This document shows positions 58,450 through 64,000 of a stretch of 64,000 nucleotides of DNA, piece by piece. The number at the start of each line of letters is the position of its first letter. Within the stretch, counting starts at the first letter, position 1. A model generated the notes under the pieces. That model was not told where the DNA came from. It searched no databases and saw only the letters and a program-made list of their open reading frames with translations. The stretch is from Macrostomum lignano. Lineage: Eukaryota. A program made the translations under genes and the position numbers. Location: contig NIVC01001203.1 of assembly GCA_002269645.1 (NCBI GenBank), forward strand, positions 62,001-126,000. Reading direction: 5' to 3'.

Positions 58450-61400
58450 CTCATTGAATCTCCCTTCAATCCCTAAATCTCCCCCTCTCTCTTCAGGCCG
58501 CTCCTCAATACTTTGACGACCCGGACGGCCCCCTGCCGCTGCCCAGCTCGCTGCGGCCAGAGAAATGGAAACGACCCCAGGAATACTTCGGCGAAGGCCG
58601 GCCAGTCGTGGTGGTGGACGGCGAGAACAATGGCTACTTCGGATTCGATCTGATGGGCGCTAATGAGCACATCCTGCACTGCGAGGTGAGCGCGCGGTTA
58701 ACTTGAGACTTAGGGGAGGTTGGGGCGATAGCTTAATGAGAAAGCTTCAGTTCTAACCCAAACAAAGGAAGATGGGGTTGCGCACACCTGTATTCTGTGG
58801 TATGACGTCATCACATCTCTTATAACCGGATTTCTTACATACGTCGCCGTGAAATAGAATACCCTATATTCGTATATTGAATATGCTAATAAAGTGAAGT
58901 TTGCAAAAGCCTTCAGAGCCTGACTCTCAAGTCAGCTTGCCGCTGCGGTTTCTTTTGCATAGAGAAAGCCGTGAATTCAGAAAGGTAGAGGGGGGGGTGG
59001 TTCGTTACCTGAGCTGCCGGAAGTTCCAAGGTAAGGCAAAGGGTTGGCCTTAGCGTTTTTTTTCTAAGCTCTCTCTTCTCTTTTTCTCGCTTTTAAAATG
59101 GAACGTTCACTGAGGCGCAGTTTGTAGCGAGACTTGGCCCCAGCTCGGGGTCGTTGGGTTGACTTTGTTTTAGCTAATTATCTCGCTTTAGTTGAGCTTT
59201 CTTAACTAAAGCGTTAGAGAGATCTGGCTACTCTGAGACTGAACGGCTGTAGCAATTTTTAAGTGGCAGAGTTTTTTAACTCAAATTTTAGTCACCGGAA
59301 CTGACTCTGCCTCACTGACTCTTTTCATCGTTACACTCCCTTCACTCTCCTCCCTTCACTCTCCTCCCTTCACTCTCCTCCCTTCACTCTCCTCCCTTCA
59401 CTCTCCTCCCTTCACTCTCCTCCCTTCACTCTCATCCCTTCACTCTGCTCCCTTCACTCTGCTCCCTTCACTCTCATCCCTTCACTCTCCTCCCTTCACT
59501 CTCATCCCTTCACTCTGCTCCCTTCACTCTCATCCCTTCACTCTCCTCCCTTCACTCTCATCCCTTCACTCTCCTCCCTTCACTCTCCTCCCTTCACTCT
59601 GCTCCCTTCACTCTGCTCCCTTCACTCTGCTCCCTTCACTCTGCTCCCTTCACTCTCCTCCCTTCACTCTCATCCCTTCACTCTGCTCCCTTCACTCTCA
59701 TCCCTTCACTCTCCTCCCTTCACTCTCATCCCTTCACTCTCCTCCCTTCACTCTGCTCCCTTCACTCTGCTCCCTTCACTCTCATCCCTTCACTCTCATC
59801 TCTTCACTCTCCTCCCTTCACTCTTATTCCTCCACTCTCATTCCTTCACTCTCATCCCTTCACTCCTATAAATTCACTCTCATCCCTTTACTCTCATCCT
59901 TTCATTCTCATCCCTTCACTCTCATCCCTTCACTCCTATCAATTCACTCTTATCCCTTCACTCTCATCCATTCACTCTCCTTTCTTCACTTTTTTCTCTT
60001 TTCACATCCTTATTCGTATAATCTCTTCGCTAAATTCTCCCTATATTCTCCTAGGAAGGGGAATCACACACCAATAGTGCAGTCCCAAACCTCCCTACAA
60101 AATCACTGAAACCAACGTCACGCCCGCAGCTGGTCCGGTGGATCATCACCCAGGTGGACGCACTGTTCAAGATGCACGCCAGCAAAGCCACGGGCACGGA
60201 GCCAGCGGAGGTGCTGGTGTCACCGGACGGCATGGTGTACAGCTTCCGGCCGTGGGAGCACATCTATGCCATCAACAAAGTGGTCAAAGGTCCGAATATC
60301 CCAGCTTTCAATCCGTACGGAAAATATGTTGTGCGACTGTTCTGGCTAGTAAGTGCATGCGTGTATTTAGAATTTTCTGTGCGTTTTATTCTGTGCTACT
60401 CATAGTAGAGTAGTTGAAATTTATTGAGTTTTTTCATCCTTTGCGGGGAGATTCATTAAAAGATTTAAAAATCTACAGAGCCAAGATTTCCAAATTTGGC
60501 GCCTTTTGGACTAACCCATTTGGCACCCCTGGATTAATCAATTTGGCGCCCCTAGATGATCAAATTTAGCGCACCTAGATCACCCAATTTGGCGCCTCTA
60601 GATTACCCGATTGGACGCTTCTAGATTACCCAATTTTGCGCCCCTAGATTACCCATTTTAGTGCCCCTAGATTACCCAATTTGGCGCCCCTAGATTACCC
60701 ATTTTAGTGCCCCTAGATTACCCAATTGGGCGCCCGTAGATTACCCATTTTAGTGCCCCTAGATTACCCAATTAGGCGCCCGTAGATTACCCAATTTAGT
60801 TCCCCTAGATTACCCAATTGGGCGCCCATACATTACTCAATTTGGCGCCCCCGATTATTCAATTTGGCGCCCCTAGAATACCCAATTTGGCGCCCCTAGA
60901 TTACTCAATTTGATGTCCCTGGATTACCCAATTTGGCGCCCCTAGATTACTCAATTTGGCGCCCTCGATTACCCAATTTGGCGCCCTCGATTACCCAATC
61001 TGGCGCCCCTACATTACCTAATTTGGCACCACTAGATTCGATCTCGCGCTCCCAGATTCTTAAATTCCCTAATTTGGTTGGTTGAAATTTAAGTACAATA
61101 TCCCATCGTCATTTATACAAAAAAACAAATGAAATTTCTGCGCAGGGCCAATGGCGCAAGATCTACGTTGATGACAGCTTGCCTCTTGACGAGAACGACA
61201 ACATTTTGCTGCCAATGACAGCCAGACAGAACGAACTGTGGCCCATGCTGCTCACTAAGGCCCTCATCAAAGTGGCTGCACTCGAGTGAGTTTGAAAATC
61301 CGATTGATTTGATTATTAGCGACATGGTATCGAAATTATAATAGTTAATGGAGTTTAGAGCTATTATTTAAAATTGATATAAATTTTGATCTAGAATAGT

Positions 61401-63251
61401 CAAATTTACTTAACGAAGAATAAGCTACTATATTATTAAAATAAATAATTTGTGTCTTTTTTGTAACACCGGAAAAAATTAACGACGATTAAAATGTAAA
61501 AACACAACATATCGGCGGAAATTCTTTTTTTTACAGTTACGGAGGCGGCAGCGGCACCCAGGAGTTTGGCGACTTTTCACCGATTCACTGCCTCACTGGC
61601 TGGCTGCCACAGACCATTATGGTCAGGTGAGCTGAGGTGTGATTTTTTATTATATTAGGCCCACTATAGTGGTTAGAGCGTCGGACTTGCCACTGAAAGG
61701 TCGGGGGTTCGATTCTATACCCACTCGGAACAATTTGTGTCCTTGAGCAAGACACTGAACTCTGCATTGATTCAGTTCAAACAGCTTTAAAATGGGTGCC
61801 AGCAGTAGCTGGGGTAATTGAGGGTGTGTGGCGACCCCCCAGTCCTTGGACTGAACAGCCGTACGCAGCCTTCAGATGCGCCACGCAATAGCTGCGGCTG
61901 AGCTGTCGGTTGCACATCTGGCCATTAGGGGAATCAATTATATTTTTATTTATAAAAATTATTTAGGAAATAATCCGCTTTTTAACTACTGGTCTAGATT
62001 TGAAATGTAAGTAGTATGTAATCATTTTTAAAAACACGGTTTCTATAATTTTTTTCACACCCAATCAGGAAGGAGAGCTCGGAGAAGCTGTGGCAGATGT
62101 TGCAGAAATTGCTTCCGGAGTGGAAGCTGCCGGAGCCGGCGGAGAAGGATCCAACAGCCGAGGGGATGGAAGAGGTTCCGGCTGGAACCGTGAGTGCAGT
62201 TTTTACCATAGACACTTTGAACTAAAATTTGCATTGGAGGCTACCGAATTAACGCGCGTGTTTTTGTCTGGCTTGTTCAATTAGAAAGATTCAAAAAATC
62301 ACTAATAATATTTTTATACCTTACCGAATGTCATCGAAAAATCAAGGGTCAGATTGCTCCAGCCTCTAAGAGCAATCTTCATCAACAGCATCAACAACAG
62401 CATCAGCAGGCTCAGCAGCCGCAAGCTGCAGTCCCAGCAGACGGGCAGTCCTCCGGAGCCCATTTAAACTTGAGCTCCTCAGCCTCAACAGTCAGGCTGG
62501 GCCAGGCCCCCAAAATGACGGTTGGTAAAACTCGAACAAAAAAATTGTCGAGTGGCCAAACAATACCTTCCGCTGAGCATTCGCGATGTAGATTCCTGCT
62601 CTTGAAACCTCGCTGATTTATCTGATTTGTTTTGCTAAGCTATGAAATCTTTCGTTTCTAAGAAACCATCGGAATTTTTTCATTTTATCGACTGAATTTT
62701 TGTTTTTTCTTAGAAATCGTCTAGATATTATGCTGTTTTTCTTAGAAAATTTCGATGAAACAAATTACATTTGCGGAAAATCATTTTAATCTTTATTGGG
62801 TTTCCAAGAAACCATCGAAATTATTTTTTCGACTAAATTCGTGTTTTTTTCTTAGAAATCTTTTAGACATTACGCTGTTTTTCTTAGAAAATTTCGATAA
62901 AAGTTAAATTTGCAGAAAATCTTTTTAGTTTTTATTTTCGCAGCCAAATTTCTATTTATTTAATTTATTTACTTCCTAAATTGTTCTATCGTTCAAGAAA
63001 ATATTTTGTTAATCTGCAGACGCCGGACGTTGAGAAGCAGCCGGAGCAGCCGCAAGGCAAAGGCAAACCGCCGGGACCCGCTGACAAAGGCAAAGGTAAA
63101 ACTGCTAATTGGTTTTTCCTAATAGTCAAGTTTAACCGCCAAAGATTCGAATTCAAAATTTGGAATAACACCTGCAATTTTGCAATTTTCGTGTCAATTT
63201 CAGGAAAAGAAGATAAAAAAGAGGCGAAAGCTTCCAAAGGAGACAAAGCCA
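45972..63251 (+). CDS. ADGB: Androglobin, 5' part (N-terminus and calpain-like protease domain); continues beyond the window
   Basis: Exons 45972-46048, 53046-53139, 57499-57555, 58497-58685, 60130-60348, 61146-61285, 61537-61626, 62069-62189, 62353-62520 (weaker), 63020-63095, 63204-63251, all GT/AG with compatible phases. Peptides LLIWPEFSETEINNEKW, YFDDPDGPLPLP...WKRPQE, FDLMGANEHILHCELVRWII, RPWEHIY...FNPYGKYVVRLFWLGQWRKIYVDDSLP...ELWPMLLTKALIK, IHCLTGWLP match human ADGB as recalled. Confidence 0.93.
46125..46625. repeat. GGCGCC-core minisatellite (AATTTGGCGCCATGGATTCCTCT-like, 22-23 bp)
   Basis: Tandem array in ADGB intron 1. Confidence 0.9.
47119..47279 (+). CDS. ADGB: Candidate alternative first coding exon B of ADGB (MKQKGAAAGTSSRASSRTGSRNVSF...DDRR)
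   Basis: ATG with upstream in-frame stop; ends AG|GTGAGG, phase 2, matching the acceptor at 53045. Confidence 0.5.
47345..48105. repeat. Homogeneous minisatellite, 16-bp unit ((T/C)AGATTCTATCAGGGG)
   Basis: Tandem array read directly. Confidence 0.96.
48434..48585 (+). CDS. ADGB: Candidate alternative first coding exon C of ADGB (MDSTRASSRATTARSVASKVGSRRKS...ETES)
   Basis: TAA immediately before the ATG; ends TC|GTGAGT (consensus donor), phase 2. Confidence 0.55.
48655..49470. repeat. Minisatellite, 23-bp unit (AAACACCTCTCAGTCTACACTCT)
   Basis: Tandem array read directly. Confidence 0.95.
49791..50038 (+). CDS. ADGB: Candidate alternative first coding exon D of ADGB (MDITSDVTKKLQSKAAAARSS...AMTSAG)
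   Basis: Open from the ATG; donor-like GG|GTTGGT, phase 2 (same donor hexamer as at 62521). Confidence 0.45.
50095..51480. repeat. Purine-rich minisatellite, 20-bp unit (AGAGAATGGTAGATTTGGGA)
   Basis: Tandem array; explains ORFs 50850-51497 and 50872-51507. Confidence 0.96.
51782..51918 (+). CDS. ADGB: Candidate alternative first coding exon E of ADGB (MSKEMSSQSQHSSQQPGQAPAP...EPIE)
   Basis: S/Q/P-rich GC island; weak donor GA|GTGCGA, phase 2. Confidence 0.35.
52000..52700. repeat. GGCGCC-core minisatellite, 21-bp unit (AAACTGGCGCCTTCCAATTCT)
   Basis: Tandem array read directly. Confidence 0.93.
53190..54070. repeat. GGCGCC-core minisatellite, 22-23 bp (AATTTGGCGCCCTTTGAATTCCT)
   Basis: Tandem array read directly. 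Confidence 0.93.
54605..55100. repeat. Minisatellite, 14-bp unit (GAGACAGCGCCCCT)
   Basis: Tandem array read directly. Confidence 0.95.
55975..56660. repeat. GGCGCC-core minisatellite (AATTTGGCGCCCCTAGATTACCC-like)
   Basis: Tandem array; same family recurs at 60490-61030. Confidence 0.92.
57603..58385. repeat. Near-perfect minisatellite, 14-bp unit (CCTTCACTCTGCTC)
   Basis: Tandem array; explains the 297-aa HSAPFTLLPSLCSL pseudo-ORF. Confidence 0.97.
59336..60000. repeat. Diverged sister array of the 14-bp CCTTCACTCT(G/C)(C/A)TC minisatellite
   Basis: Same unit with variants, in the next ADGB intron. Confidence 0.93.
60490..61030. repeat. GGCGCC-core minisatellite (AATTTGGCGCCCCTAGATTACCC-like)
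   Basis: Same family as 55975-56660. Confidence 0.92.
61655..61885 (+). mobile_element. tRNA-derived SINE with a CORE-like central domain, in an ADGB intron
   Basis: A-box-like TAGTGGTTAGAGCG and B-box GGGTTCGATTC, then TGTGTCCTTGAGCAAGACACTGAAC...CTTTAAAATGGG, resembling the CORE/Meta-type conserved SINE body (TGTGACCTTGGGCAAGTCACTTAAC...CTGTAAAATGGG). Confidence 0.7.
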
Positions 63252-63309
63252 GTAAGTGCATTTTGTAGTTTTGGCCATAGACACCTGTTTGGCAACTATA
63301 TGACGATAA

Positions 63310-64000
63310 TTAGACACTCATTAGACATTCAAATAGGCACCCATTAGATACCCAATGGACACTACATAGACACATATTAGATACCTTTTACACACCCACT
63401 ATATATACATACTAGATATCCAGAGACCCATATAAGTCAATCAATAGATACCAATTAGATGTCCATTAGAGACTCATTAGACACCCATTAGATACTCAAT
63501 AAATACCGATTGAATATTAATAGGACAGCCATTAGATAACCATTAAACACCAATTTAGACACCTATTAAACATCTATTCGATACCAGTTAAACACCCATT
63601 AGACACCCATTACACACGTATTAGATACCAAACAAACGCATATTTGACACCCATTAGACAACCATTAGACACCTATTAAACATCTATTAGATACCAATAA
63701 GATACCAATTAAACACCCATTAGACACCCAATAGATCCCAAATAGACAACCGTTAGATACCAATTAGACACCCATTGGATACCAATTAGACAACCATTAG
63801 ATACCAATTAGACAACCGTTAGATACCAATTAGACACCCATTGGATACCAATTAGACAACCATTAGATACCAATTAGACACCCATTAGATATTATAATTA
63901 GACAACCATTAGATACCAATTAGACACCCATTAGATATTATAATTAGACAACCATTAGATACCAATTAGACACCCATTAGATACCAATTAGACACCCATT
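63310..64000. repeat. Degenerate minisatellite, ~11-bp unit (AGACACCCATT)
   Basis: Tandem array running to the window end. Confidence 0.9.

Noticed and set aside
57564-58457. 297-aa HSAPFTLLPSLCSL ORF
   Set aside because: Translation of a 14-bp tandem array inside ADGB intron 3.

Overview
Eukaryotic genomic DNA from a minisatellite-rich invertebrate. The style resembles a macrostomid flatworm such as Macrostomum, which is an inference only. Host genes: the 3' part of EPG5 (exons 1-5475, +); a three-exon ankyrin-repeat / Mab-21 (cGAS-like receptor, cGLR) gene reconstructed here (11493-17077, +, about 1211 aa); and the 5' part of androglobin (ADGB, 45972 to beyond 63251, +), with what look like five alternative first coding exons. 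Mobile elements: a MITE, a deleted mariner with long inverted ends, two tRNA-derived SINE-like pieces, a 5'-truncated Ngaro-type tyrosine-recombinase retroelement, a full-length LOA/R1-like LINE with RNase H and a 13-bp TSD, and a 6.7-kb Polinton/Maverick. The Maverick has AGTAGT termini, ~200-bp TIRs and a perfect 6-bp TSD. It carries integrase, protease, major and minor capsid and adenovirus core-like genes, but no recognisable DNA polymerase or packaging ATPase. Most long ORFs in the supplied track outside these loci are artefacts of tandem repeats. The best leads are the ankyrin-cGLR, whose near-identical repeats vary at DARPin-type binding positions, the polymerase-less mini-Maverick 2 kb downstream of it, and the ADGB first-exon array. 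Family assignments come from motif recognition by eye; no database search was run.
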